Shown in pieces: positions 1-12,380 of a stretch of DNA of 64,000 nt. Position 1 is the stretch's first letter, and every line of letters begins with the position of its first letter. Both the position numbers and the translations under genes were made by a program. The notes beneath the pieces were generated by a model. It had not been told where the DNA came from. It saw only the letters and a list, made by a program, of their open reading frames with translations, and did no database searches. Source of the DNA: Octopus vulgaris (Eukaryota); assembly GCA_951406725.2 (NCBI GenBank), contig OX597827.1, positions 66,464,001 to 66,528,000 of the forward strand. The letters are read 5' to 3'.

Positions 1-93
1 TCTGCATTTTGGGATTCCAATATAACAATCCCAGCATCGCAATATTTCTTTTAAGTAGCTGCATATTCTAGTAGAATTTCTCGTCAAAAGCCC

Positions 94-260
94 AGGCATG
101 GCTGGTGGTTAAAAATCTAGCCGCGCAGCCATAGCGTTTCAGATTCAGTCCCATTGTGAGACACCTTAGATAAGTATCTTAGAATATATCCGCAGGCACA
201 TCGCAGATTTTTAAGTGGATTAGGCAAGAGAAACCGAATGAAATCAGTGATATACATACA
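94..260 (+). mobile_element. Degraded 5' part of tRNA-derived SINE family A
   Basis: ggcatggctggtggtt...ttcagtcccattg...caccttagataagtatctt aligns loosely to the heads of the intact copies at 4886 and 16366. Confidence 0.55.
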
Positions 261-1023
261 TACACACATACATACACGAATACATACAGAAAAATATACA
301 TACATACATACACAGACACGCACACGCACGTACCCACGCATACCCCTACACATACACACACATATGCATATAAAATTTAACGATTAACCTGTCACCGTAT
401 TCTTTGAAATCGAGAAACCTGATAATATTCCTTATCCAGAGAAGCGAACCCGGTTTTACTAATCGGAAAAATTATGGCGAAAATTGACGCCTGGTTCTAC
501 TTGATGAGGTTAGCCGTAACCTGGAACATATCTAAGAGCTATCACAGTACTTTACTGGATAATTCTATATGTACATATATATTATTATATTGATAGATAA
601 CATTATATAGACAATATATAACATTACATAGACATAGACGGAGGCATACGTTTAATGCTTGGAGTCAAGAGGGTGACTGTTAGGAGACACTATATCTGAC
701 AAAAGGACTATGCACCATGCAACGTAAACAGCAGATCTCTGTCATGGCTGTCAGACAACTCATTTGACCACACTACCCCTAACATCTGGCCATTTAACTC
801 TTCAGGCTGCAACCCCCTTAAGTATTATGTATGAGGCACATTTGAGCAAGACACCAACAAAACTCCTTGTGGCACCAAAGATGAACTAAAGGTAAAGATT
901 ATGACAGCATTCACCAACTTGAGCAAGGACACCGTTCAGAAGAGTTGCAGGATATTTTGAAGTCGTCTGGAAGGAGTGGTTGAAGTCAATGGCGATTTTA
1001 TTGAATAAATTTACCCTTCAGAA

Positions 1024-1089
1024 TTTATTTTTTGTTTTTGGCAGATGTTTCAGCTCATAGCTGTGGCCATGCTGATGCACCGCCGTTAG
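1024..1089 (-). mobile_element. Retroposon 3' tail fused to the U6 3' end
   Basis: The minus strand reads ctaacggcggtgcatcagcatggccacagctatgagctgaaac followed by an A-rich tail. A near-identical tail occurs alone at 28781-28830, and a related motif ends SINE family A. Confidence 0.75.
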
Positions 1090-1169
1090 AAATATGGAAC
1101 GCTTCACGAATTTAAGTGTGATCCATGCGCAGAGGCCATGCTAATATTCTCTGTATCGTTCCAATTTTA
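1090..1169 (-). pseudogene. U6: U6 snRNA retrocopy lacking the 5' stem-loop (~24 nt)
   Basis: The minus strand reads taaaattggaacgatacagagaatattagcatggcc...gtgaagcgttccatattt, 6 mismatches in 80 nt versus canonical metazoan U6 as recalled. The ACAGAGA box and AGC triad are present. Confidence 0.93.
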
Positions 1170-1311
1170 AAGGTAAATTTGGCAAATATATCTTTCAAAA
1201 TTGGATGTCAGTGTTATTTTCATTTTGCGTAATGTAGTCGACAGTCTTTGCATCGCACCCTGCATATGTACATGGATATATGAACATATCACCGTGTGCT
1301 TATGAGTGTGT

Positions 1312-1338
1312 AAGTGTATGTGCGTGTGCGTGTATGTG

Positions 1339-1412
<74 letters not shown>
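1312..1412. repeat. (TG)n microsatellite
   Basis: Direct reading. Confidence 0.98.
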
Positions 1413-1418
<6 letters not shown>

Positions 1419-2073
1419 CACGTTTGTGTAAGTGTGTTTTATAGGAAAAATAGGACCGATATAATATATACCTCCCCTAAAACATTAAATACTGTGGTCG
1501 TTTCGTTCGATTACAAATTCTTCAATGCAGTGCTACAGCATGGCCGCATTCTAATAACTGAAAGAAGTTGAAAACAAAAGCTACAGATAAAAATCTCATC
1601 AAGTCCTTATTCGAAAGAACAACAATAAGCCTTAGACGTGTTTTATTCTTCTTTAACTGTAACTGATGTAATCCAGAACGTTGCTTTGATTGTTCATGTT
1701 GTAATTCCCGTTGTTTTGATTAATGGTTTTGCTACATTTGTTAATCTTGTTCTTTATTTTATCATTATGTAGCACTCCCAGCCTCGCTCCTTTCCTATAT
1801 TTCGTGTTTTGGTGATATTTTTTTTTTTCATTTTAACTTGATCAAAGAACACCTTTGTCATTCCACGTAGCCGTTTGATGAAACGTTTGAAGGAAGTCAA
1901 AGAAATTTCCGAACGTGTGATTTATTGTTGTTTCAGTAAAGTCTCACACATTTGCCTCAATTGAAAGGAATATAATAAAGTTATATTTTTTCAGCAGTAT
2001 AGTTTTTCTTTTTATTGTAAAAGCATGTCGAATCGTATTTAGAGTGTAGGCTCGTGAATCACTAAGGGTTACT

Positions 2074-2465
2074 GGATGGGGATGGAAGCACTCCGTCGGT
2101 TACGACGACGAGGGTTCCGGTTGATCCGAATCAACGGAACAGCCTGCTCGTGAAATTAACGTGTAAGTGGCTGAGCACTCCACAGACACGTGTACTCTTA
2201 ACGCAGTTCTCGGGGATATTCAGCGTGACACAGAGAGTGACAAGGCAGGCCCTTTGAAATACAGGTACAACAGAAACAGGAAGTAAGTGTGAGAGAAAAT
2301 TGTGGTGAAAGAGTACAGCAGGGATCACCACCATCCCCTACCGGAGCCTCATGGAGCTTTTAGGTGTTTTCGCTCAATAAACACTCACAACGCCCGGTCT
2401 GGGAATCGAAACCGCGATCCTATGATTGCGAGTCCGCTGCCCTAACCACTGGGCCATTGCGCCTC
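2074..2465 (-). mobile_element. Full-length tRNA-derived SINE family B (tail type 1)
   Basis: Head ggaggcgcaatggcccagtggttaggg with B-box ggtttcgattcc. Perfect 14-bp TSD cactaagggttact at 2060-2073 and 2466-2479. Near-identical to 46917-47300. Confidence 0.93.
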
Positions 2466-2752
2466 CACTAAGGGTTACTAAACACTATTTTAACCAGAAA
2501 TCTCTTAAACAGTGAGGAGTTGTATAAATTTATTGTTCGTGTAGTAAGCTACGAAATACTCACGTTCTTTAGATTTGCTATGATCCCAGCAGACAACATT
2601 GAAAAGAGGTTGCCTGCAGAATTGTTAGGGAGATGTGGGGGGCATAGCCACTCTGTCTCAAGGGGTTCGCATATGCAAATAGCCATTAGGAGTGATCAGA
2701 AATACGGCCCGGAGGTTATAAATTATTTTCCTCGGATTAATAATCCCTATTG

Positions 2753-2912
2753 AATAACTTTTTGTTGCAGCGATGTCGCTTTTTCATCCTTCGATATCTG
2801 CTCTTCCTATCATTGCAAAGCAGAGATCGCAAAGCGATGGATTGTTCACCCACTAACAGGGAACGTGAGTTGGTTTAGACCGTCGTGAGGCAGGTTAGTC
2901 TTATCCTGCCGA
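2753..2912 (+). pseudogene. 28S (LSU) rRNA 3'-domain fragment, dispersed pseudo-copy
   Basis: gcgatgtcgctttttcatccttcgat...ctcttcctatcattg...ggattgttcacccactaacagggaacgtgag...tttagaccgtcgtgaggcaggttagt matches the conserved peptidyl-transferase-region 3' part of eukaryotic 28S, with substitutions and indels. Confidence 0.9.
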
Positions 2913-3050
2913 GGCATTGTGCGTACGTGGAGCCCAGGTCACGTCGGAGGTTCGGTGCGCAGCAGCGGCGGCGATCTTTTGAGTCTCTTCTCGTGAACGA
3001 CACGATCTACCCTTTCGAGGCGAAGAAAAAGAGAAAGCAAAAGAAAAAAG

Positions 3051-3413
3051 TCGTAGGAGTGGCTATTTGGTAAGTAGCTTGCTTACGAACCACACTATAG
3101 CCGCGGGCTGACCAAAGACATGTGAATGGATTTGATAGATGGAAACTGAAAGAAGCCCGTCGTATATATGTATATATATATATGTATGTGTATGTATATG
3201 TTTGTGTATCTGTGTTTGTCCCCCCCCCCAACCTCGCTTGACAACCGATGCTGTTGTGTTTACGTTCCCGTAACTTAGCGGTTCGGCAAAAGAGATCGAT
3301 ACAATACGCACTAGGCTTACAAAGAATAAGTCCTCGGGGCGATTTGGTCGACTAAAGGCGGTGCCCCAACATGGTCAGAGTCACATGACTGAAACAAGTA
3401 ACAAAGTAAAAGA
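3051..3413 (+). mobile_element. SINE family A with an internal deletion in the head
   Basis: ggagtggct...ggtaagtagcttgc head, internal (TA/TG) tract, tail ggcggtgccccaacatgg...tgactgaaacaagta. Confidence 0.9.
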
Positions 3414-3446
3414 ATATATATATATATATCCTTGTTGCTTATTTTG

Positions 3447-3480
<34 letters not shown>

Positions 3481-4205
3481 CGCGTGTGTGTGTTCATATA
3501 TGTTTATGAGGTATTAACTCAATGCACACTAAAATATTTTTATCTGAATAATAAGATATTTTAACTAACTTCTGTTTAATGAATGTACACCACATAGAAA
3601 TGATACTAAAACAAACCATATTTCATAATGACATCAATAGCTGTGTGCTGAAGCCAGAAACCTGAAGGAAACAGAGTCGATTCTAACACTAAATGACGAC
3701 AACGTGTAGTTGACATTTTTAAAGCTGAATCTTCATAGAAATGAAGACTGCATAATGCCGAACAGCTGTGAAAATTTCAGTAAAGTATGCAGACGAATAA
3801 AAGTCACCTCTAATGAAATAAAATGTGTCAATTCTCCTAATGGTCTTAACACACATTTATCAGTACAGAAAAAATATATTTTGTTAACGGCACAGACAGA
3901 AACGTACGTACGTGGATACAAACAGACATATGCATGTACGGCCATACATAGATTTACGTAGAGTTACTGAGTGTTACGCAATATAAATGTATAAAGTAGA
4001 GAGCTACACAAACACACACGGTAGCACGCAGGTGGCACATTATATATATATTTAAAATGGTATTTTGATATCGGGAAAAGTATTATAAAAACGATTTTAT
4101 TGCATTCAAAATTGTGAATTATATATGAAAAGAGAAACTTTAAAAAGAGAAATTCCGTAGAGTTGATGGAGGGATGTTTGGGTGTAAGAGCCTTTCGCTA
4201 ACTAA

Positions 4206-4367
4206 AAGCAAATAATTAATAAGGTAATGCTGAAACAAATATTTAATAAGGCAATCCTGAAACAAATATTTAATAAAGTAATCCTAAAATAAATATTTAA
4301 TAAGGTCATCCTGAAACAAATAATTAATAAGGTAATCCTGAAACAAATATTTAATAAGGTAATCCTT
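4206..4367. repeat. 27-bp minisatellite, 6 copies
   Basis: Unit aaacaaatatttaataaggtaatcctg with point variants. Confidence 0.95.
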
Positions 4368-4885
4368 ATTGTAGCCCTTTTATTTACCAGAAAACACAAC
4401 TTCCGTCTGACGTTGGATTATATCATTTTCTCCCACTTGATCATAGGTGTAGAGTTGGAAGTCGTGCTTTCTGAGATACTATGTAGTTATATTTGGGACA
4501 CTCCAGTCTCCGCCTTCGCCTTCAATGTGAAGGATTCTCTTTAAATGATAAAATCGAAGTTATCTCTACGCTACGATGTATTATATTTTTTCGGGTATTA
4601 TTTTTCTACATGAATAATTTTTGTGGCTTTTGTATTTAGTTTGCAAGTTTCGTGATGTTAACTCTTGAGTTAAAACAAATGCTGTGGCATATGTTTTTGT
4701 AATCTTTATACCAATTATAATCTCATGCCCTGCTACAATTTCATATCTTTATTGTTCTCCTCAATTAGCAGAGAGGTACTACGTCACTAACATGGTCCCG
4801 TATAGCGAGGGAAGGAATTTGACAAACGTCACAACGATTAAATGACTGATTAAGTAAGCAATCGATATGTTAGTTTAATAATATA

Positions 4886-5297
4886 GGCGCAGGAGTGGCT
4901 GTGTGGTACGTAGCTTGCTAACCAACCAAATGGTTCGGCGTTAAGTCCCACTGCGTGGCACCTTGAGCAAGTATCTGTTACTATAGCCTCGGGCCGGCCA
5001 AAGTCTTGTGAGTGGATTTGGTAGACGGAAACTGAAAGAAGCCCTTCGTATATATGTATAAATATATATGTATGTGTGTGTATATGTTTGTGTGTCTGTG
5101 TCCCCCCCACCAACATCGCTTGACAACCGATGCTGGTGTGTTTACGTCTCCGTAACTTGGCGGTTCGGCAAAAGAGCCCGATAGAATAAGTACTAGGCTT
5201 ACAAACAATAAGTCATGGGGCCGACTTGCTCAAATAAAGGCAGTGCTCCAGCATGGCCAGAATCGAACGACTGAAACAAGTAAAACAGTAAAAGAGT
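4886..5297 (+). mobile_element. Full-length SINE family A
   Basis: Head ggcgcaggagtggctgtgtggta through the ...ctccagcatggcc...actgaaacaagtaaaa tail. Confidence 0.93.
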
Positions 5298-5972
5298 AAC
5301 TAATACACAGACTGATAACAAAGAATGAAAATTCAACCAGGGCGTGTATATATTATTGGCGTAATGACCCTTCCAAGACACAATATTTTTACATCCACTA
5401 TGCGTTATCTATCTCAGCTACATGAGTATATTACTATTGAAAATGTAGGAAATTCGCACCTATGATAATGCAATTCAGAACTTTTGGTAAAATAATAATC
5501 AGTGGATGCCGATAAATCCATTCAAATATATTCTTACTCTACCTTCCTCATTTAAATAAAACGTCGCAGACATTTTCTAATAAGTCTCTTACACAACTAC
5601 GTCCTCCGATTTCTTTAAGATCCTTTCTATTCAGGTGAACTAAAACGTGAATAATTCAGGTTAGGTGCCCTAGAGATTTGAAAATGTTCCATAGATTTTC
5701 TCTGCGTAGCTTGGCAATTTCAATAATTCGGTATTCACTGTGCCATTATGCCAGAAATACTTTATCAAACTCTTCCATTTCTATGTAAGGAATTCCATAG
5801 ATTCGCATGCAGCGAGGAAATCAGTGAAGTCTCCCAGTAAAATCAACTTCCAATGAATATATATACGCACTACTACTTGGAATTAAATGCTATAGAGTTT
5901 GTATGTATGTATGTATGTATGTATGTGTGTGTGTGTTTGTGTGTTTTTGTGTGGATAACTACACACACTCGC

Positions 5973-6027
<55 letters not shown>

Positions 6028-6037
6028 GTATATATAC

Positions 6038-6340
6038 GGAGGCGCAATGGCACAGTGGTTAGGGCAGGGGACTCGCAGTCGGAGGGTTGCGTTTTCGCTT
6101 CCCAGACCGGGCGTTGTGTGTGTTTATTCAGCGGAAATACCTAAAAAAGCTCCACAAGGCTCCGACAGGGGGTGGTGGCGATCCCTGTTGTACTTTTTCG
6201 CCACAACTTTATCTCACTCTTTCTTCCTGTTTCTCGAGTAACGCTGCGATGGACTGGCGTCCTGTCCAGCTGGGGGGAACAGATACCCTACAGAAACCGG
6301 GAAACCAGGCCTATGGGCCTTGCTAGGCTTGAAAAGGTCG
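6038..6340 (+). mobile_element. SINE with family B head and alternative 3' module (tail type 2)
   Basis: Same head and 5' body as 46917, then ctgcgatggactggcgtcctgtccag...gaaaccgggaaacc. Confidence 0.88.
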
Positions 6341-6680
6341 ACGTTCATCGTTATATATATATATATAAAGTGACTCAGTACACTTGCCAGCACCATTATT
6401 GCTAGAAATAATAGTTAAAACTCATAGCCAACAGAAGCACCTTATTGTAATAAATGACAAGAGAGCCAAGGTCTCTCAGTTTCTAGGAATAGACAATCCA
6501 GAGTGATTGCGTATTTATACTAATGCTCGTCAGTGACTATGATCTGTGTGTGAGTATATATGTGTGTGTGTGTGCGCGCGTGTGTGACTGTGTTCTGTGT
6601 GTGTGTGTATACACATATACATATAGTTTTTCACTTACATGCTTTAGTCATTTGACTGCGGCCATACTGGAACATATATT

Positions 6681-6718
<38 letters not shown>

Positions 6719-6870
6719 CACATATATATATATGTGTAGGCATAAGAGTGGATGTGTAGTAAGTAGCTTGTTTACCGACCACATGGTTATGTGTTTAGTC
6801 CCACTGCGTGGCTCCTTAGGCAAATGTTTTCTACTGTGTATAGAGAAAAGCCTTTTCTTTGAGTAAAATA

Positions 6871-6905
<35 letters not shown>

Positions 6906-6907
<2 letters not shown>

Positions 6908-7129
6908 AGAGGGAACCACTACGTGGACACCCATATGCTAGAAATAGATCCGCTACCGTCTCACTACTAAAAAATGTCCTCAAGAAAAATTTAGCAAAAC
7001 AAACAAAACGTAATCGAGCAATTACATTTTGGTTGTTTTGCTAAATTTATCTTGAGAACATTTCTTAGTGGTGAGACCGTAGCGGATCTATTTCTAGCAT
7101 GTGGGTGTCCACAAAGTGGTTCCCCCTAA
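6906..7129. repeat. Fold-back palindrome (~108-bp arms, short loop) between (TA)n tracts; MITE-like or PLE-derived
   Basis: ttagagggaaccac...ttagcaaaacaa...gtaat / attac...ttgttttgctaa...gtggttccccctaa. Confidence 0.92.
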
Positions 7130-7247
7130 TATATATATACAATACAATTTTACTGAACCTTTAGTTTTTTTTTAATGTTAAACCACTGGTGTGAAATCGA
7201 TGTTAACTAAATTAATATCTAATTTCTCACCCTCATTTAAAATATAT

Positions 7248-7300
<53 letters not shown>

Positions 7301-7929
7301 TTGTTTTACTGTTTTAATGTGTGTATGAATGTGTGTATGTGTGTATTAGCGCGCGCATGCCTCTCTGCGTTCGAGTATTTGAGCCAGAAAGTAATTATTT
7401 CCTCGAATATGTCGCTTCTGCAAAACAACATGTGCCATGTATAGAACGAAACCAAAATTAAAGCGAAGTTAAACACGGTCACATAAAACATTTGTAAAAC
7501 GCCAAATTCTCAGCGTAACAATATTAAATTACTAGAATATTCTTGCGCAATCAATTCTAATCGTTAAATGGAAGCGAAACATTAACATGCAATTAAGTGA
7601 AATATTCAGTGTAGCTAAAATATGAAACCAATAATTAAATATTTAAAATTCACAAGTAGCGAACTAATCCAGTACATCTCGCATATTAAATGAATTTTAT
7701 ATGAAATTATATTCTTGTTTTTGTTATGGTTTTGTCGTTCGTTATCATCTTGTTTAGCTTCCGTTCAGCACCGTCTTTATGGATACATAAACAAGACTGT
7801 CATGTTGTTAACACTGCCATGCAGTTCTGTTACTGTCCACTGTTTATAATAACCATTTTATCAAACGTGCGCCTCTCGTTCTCTCTTTTCCCTGTTTGAC
7901 TACAGTTAACGTAATACCCGACGATCTGT

Positions 7930-8533
7930 ATATTTTTCTTTATTACCCACAAGGGGCTAAACATAGAGGGAACAAACAAGGACAGACAAACGGATAAAGT
8001 CGATTACATCGACACCAGTGCGTAACTGGTACTTAATTTATCGGCCCCCGAAAGGATGAAAGGCAAAGTCGACCTCGGCGGAATTTGAACTCAGAACGTA
8101 ACGGCATACGAAATACGTATTTGTTTACTACCCACAAGGGGCTAAACAAAGAGGGGACAAACAAGGACGGACAAACGGATTCAGTCGATTACATCGACCC
8201 CAGTGCGTAACTGGTACTTATTTTGTCGATCCCGAAAGGATGAAAGGCAAAGTCTGCCTCGGCGGAATTTGAACTCAGAACATAACGGCAGACGAAATAC
8301 GTATTTGTTTACTACCCACAAGGGGCTAAACAAAGAGGGAACAAACAAGGAGTGACAAACGGATTAAGTCGATTATATCGACCTCAGTGCGTAACTGGTA
8401 CTTATTTTATCGACTCCAAAAGGATGAAAGGCAAAGTCGACCTCCGCGGAATTCGAACTCAGACGTAACGGCAGACGAAATACGGCTACACATCTTGCCC
8501 AGCGTGCTAACGATTCTGCCTGCTCGCCGCCTT
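7930..8533 (-). mobile_element. SINE family C trimer (one head, three ~184-bp bodies)
   Basis: cccacaagggg recurs at 7946, 8131 and 8315; a single head aaggcggcgagc starts at 8533. Confidence 0.93.
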
Positions 8534-9234
8534 ATACCTGAGGACGATCGTTACCTGAGAAGAAGAACACATATAGCTTCAGGTGTTGGCCCTTTGAAGT
8601 CAACGACAAGGGTACACCGACGTGAAACATAAACACATGGATGGGGAAGATGTGTTGAATTCTTTACTTTACGGTCATACGTTGCATTTTTGTTCTTTAA
8701 TCATAAATAATTGCCATTTCAATTCTATTTCAAATAGAATGTACCTGAAATGACCGCGCTCAAACTGTCGCTCTCATTTTTGTAATCCATTAATTTTCAT
8801 TTGAGTTAATCAGCTGCTATGTTTAGCACTTTGTCCAAACTTGTTGCGGCTCTATATTTGGCTCGTGTCTATCTTAAGTGCTTTGTTAATATTTCAGTTT
8901 TATTGACTTCTGCTTTCCCCAATCAATCGATAACATATGAAAGTTTTATACATAGTGGAATTGATTCAATTAATTAATATCCATCCTTTCCTATAAAAGA
9001 AATCAATATAAGGATGGGAAATTTCATTTAAATAATCATTATTTTGTCCAACTAGTATGGTTTGAATTTTCAATCTATGATGTATTGATTGGTAGTCAGA
9101 AATGATTTCGTATTGTTATTTATTCAACTGAGAAATAAACAATATTTTGGTACATGCAATCGATTTTGCAAATCATTCGTTGCAAAATTGTAGCATATTA
9201 GGAGAATTATAGGCAATGAAATTTTATAGGAAGT

Positions 9235-9400
9235 CTGTAGAAGCATTATTAAAATGTTGATATGTGTTCCTTTAAAAGAAGATATACTTTTCATAATGAA
9301 ATTTATTCACAAATCATACGGCACTGTGATTAAATGGTACGAACCCAAAATAAAAAATACTCTCCGCAACTCAGACATTAATGGTATTCATAGCGTCCAC
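9235..9400 (+). mobile_element. Highly degraded PLE reverse-transcriptase fragment
   Basis: Frameshifted FHNEIYSQI(Y)GTV..GT resembles the PLE motif FxxxxYxQxxGxAMG. Confidence 0.45.
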
Positions 9401-9989
9401 GGAACCATTAGACAATAACCAAGAAGAAAATGTCTCCCGATGAAAATCTCATAAGCTTAATATTGCAATTCTGAGTTGTGAATAATAATGTAATTCCGCT
9501 ACTCTTTATACAGGTTAGGTTGGGTCCCTCATACACAAGAATAAAAAACCATGGAAAATCCACAAATTTGTATCTGAAGTGGAGTTTATGGCATATAATT
9601 AAATGTGATAAATTAGCCGTGAAAGTTTAAAATAAACGACTAAAGATACAACTTGATAGATACTGTTTACAATATTCTAATTTGGCTTTTCGTACATCAG
9701 CTTGCGATGCTTGACTTTTTCTTCATTGGGAAACGTACACTCATGGACGAAAAGATTATCAGATGTTTTAATGCGAGTGGGAAATGATTCACAATGTGGT
9801 ATATGATAAATTTATAGAGAATGGCGTAAAACAAAAACTAGCATCTTAGTGTTACTTGTTGTTCAGAATACACGATAAGTATGTGTGTTTGGAAAGGAAT
9901 CAAACGTACATGTATAATAAAAAGGCGCGTCTTCATTGGTTTGCAATGCATAGTAAAAAATGATAATCCCGACAGAAATGGGGAAGTTC

Positions 9990-10180
9990 CAACATATATG
10001 GGGCAGCTGTTCTGACAGTCTGTTTTTCCATTTTCTTGTGTTGGGTGTGATGGGGCACAATGAGTAATATTTACTGCATTTTTTACTTCGGGACACAAAG
10101 AAAGCATACAAAAAGGTCACTTCCTTGCACAAAATTATATGAGCTAAGCAAATATCATTCTCAAAATGCATTAAAAACAT
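9990..10180 (-). mobile_element. Degraded GIY-YIG endonuclease remnant (PLE)
   Basis: ORF 9863-10180 contains LYAFFVSRSKKCSKYY...TRKWKNRLSEQ, resembling YxIxCxxCxxxYIGxTxRxLxxRxxEH. Confidence 0.45.
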
Positions 10181-11059
10181 GATAACACCTTCAGAACACT
10201 ATTTCAGAAAATTATCTCCTTTGTTTTGGGGTACATAGAAGACAGATTAGATGGTGCAAAAGGAGTAACATATAGACAACATAAATTTGTATCTTCCGTT
10301 CTTCAGAATTACCTGTGAAAAAAATGACTCATTGCTGTCATTATGCATCCTTAGACATAAGAAAGAACAAAACTTCAACAAAAAATTAAAATATCTTCGT
10401 CAATGAAAGAAGACCATCGAGAAACAGCACATGACATGAAATTTTAAGAAATTTGACTAAATCTAAAAACTCATCCTAAAGTATTTTCTATAGTTTTTTC
10501 ATTATCTGCTGGTGTGGCTCTCTTTCTCATATATTTATACAACATGCATTTAAAGAGAAGTAATTATTAGAATTAATCATTACTCTCTCTGCCACAATTT
10601 ATAAAGCCATTGTTTTGAAAATAAACAATGATCAAATTAGACATTGGTGTGCACGAGAAAATCTATGTAGAATACAAGAGACCAAAGTGTATTGATTGTG
10701 AAGCACCGAAAAATCCTGATATATTATTAACAACCTCAATTCGAATGAGGTCAATTTCGAGGAAAACCTTTTGAATGTATGTCTCCCATGTTTTAAACTC
10801 CCTCAACTTATACAACAACAACAACAACAGCTACTATTCTGACAACTTTTTACTCCTAAAGATGGAGAACACAACATGCAGCCGGGTCCGAGATTCGAGC
10901 GCACAACCTCACGACCGTAAGCTATATGTATATCAGCATGCATGTATTTATCTATATACGACAGGCTTCCACACAGCTTCAATCTAGCAAATGTAGTTAC
11001 TTGTGATATATTCACAAACCGGGACCATATTAGAACACAAGTATCTATGGTGCCCAGCA

Positions 11060-11620
11060 GTTCAAACAACACAAAAACAGGTGATTACAAAAGTTTGTAC
11101 GCACAGGTATGACATGAACTATATATGAAATATGAAACTTTGCTTGATTTGGATTTAATAACAAGTGGAATATCAGATTTTCTGTTATTAGAAGGACACA
11201 TTTGAAATCGAAAGATATCCAACATGATATGTTAGAGTAGAAAATCACTACATATGTAACAAAGCGAATATATCTTACAGCTTAACTTAGTGTAATTTGT
11301 ATTAACTATATCAGAAAAGAGCAGACTGGATGTTAAACAGATTACCTATACTAGATTGACAATCATTTGGAACTCTACTAACATCATTCATTCCGAAATT
11401 TCTGTAGCATAACACAATTATTGCGCCCGCAGGGAGTGCAAGATCTTATACTAAAAAAAAAGTAAAGAAGAAAACAAACAAACAAAAAAAACAACTAAAC
11501 ACATCTATTCAATAACACCATTGAGATTCGATAAATACTTACATCGAAGCAAGTGGAAACTAATTGTTATACTAAGGAAATTTATTTCTTGATGTATACG
11601 GAGAAAAAGAAGTACAATAT
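11060..11620 (+). mobile_element. Degraded PLE RT remnant
   Basis: GDYKSLYAQV*HE near 11080 resembles DVxSLYTNIxH, and LFLDV lies ~500 nt downstream near 11585, a plausible spacing. Confidence 0.4.
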
Positions 11621-12136
11621 AGAAAGTAACTTCCCTGAAGGCAAATGACGAACGAAACAATTACTCGCGTAATTTCAGCTTGGCTCTCCCTTGCCAATTC
11701 CGAATATACTCACAGCCATGGTTAATTTGGCACACGCTTTTACCTGACAATTACTGTACTATGTTCATGAAAGCGGTTAAAATTACATATTGCCAAACAA
11801 CCACCTGCACATGACAACGGCCTGGCTATATTAATTTACGATATGTATGGTTAAACAGCAAGGAAATTATGTTGAACTGTGTAGATGTAATTTTCAAAGA
11901 GCTAGCATGAAAATTCCTGCACAATAATAGGCATCTCAATACATAATGACCGCCATTGCCTAGAAAATGAAAGGTATAAGCGTGGAAAACCTCACAGTAC
12001 AATGAGCGTGAAATTGAAATAAACGAAATGTACGTCAGCAAAGCTGAATGCTTACGTTTAGCATTACCAATGGAGATTTAAAGATGATTCAAACTCATGA
12101 AGATAAAGCTTACAAGAGATCACAAATGGTCTACAA

Positions 12137-12380
12137 ATGGGTCTGCTACGCAAGATACATTCGATTTTATACTCTATCTCAAACAGTATAGTCGCTGCAC
12201 ATAACACACGCTCCCTATATAGTCATTTTCCCTATAGAAGCTCAATAATTAATCTAGAAATTCACTACGAAGAAAAAGTAACACAACACATACTCAGTAC
12301 CATCATATCTTTTCGGAAAAACCATAAAACATATAAAAAAAACAACTACCACACCAGTCAATAACAGCAGACATATTGTA
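12137..12380 (+). mobile_element. Degraded PLE RT remnant
   Basis: IVAAHNTRSLYSHFP...RKNHKTYKKNNYH resembles LVxxDVxSLYTNIP...NNYFxYNxxYY. Confidence 0.4.

Larger units (their letters stand above)
664..1262 (+). mobile_element. Tc1/mariner DD37D (maT-type) transposon 3' remnant with a dead transposase C-terminus
   Basis: 664-1008 translates by hand to ...YI*QKDYAPC...WLSDN...NIWPFNSSGCNPLKYYV*G...SRLEGVVEVNGDFIE*, with 3 internal stops. There are 37 residues between the QxD aspartate and the NPL(D>K) position. A TIR-like end, catcgcaccctg, lies at ~1251-1262. Confidence 0.85.

Noticed and set aside
501-528. Hammerhead-like ttgatga-ggtta(gccg)taacc-tggaac
   Set aside because: Both catalytic boxes are mutated and there is no clear helix I; at best a dead relic
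1090-1169. Functional U6 gene
   Set aside because: 5' stem-loop missing, no PSE/TATA, 6 substitutions, and embedded in a transposon
2670-2750. Octamer ATGCAAAT plus TATA upstream of the 28S fragment as a type 3 Pol III promoter
   Set aside because: Spacing is unlike DSE/PSE/TATA, there is no recognisable PSE, and T5 runs at the start of the fragment would terminate Pol III
4206-4367. CRISPR-like regular repeats
   Set aside because: Head-to-tail 27-bp units with no spacers, eukaryotic context and no cas genes
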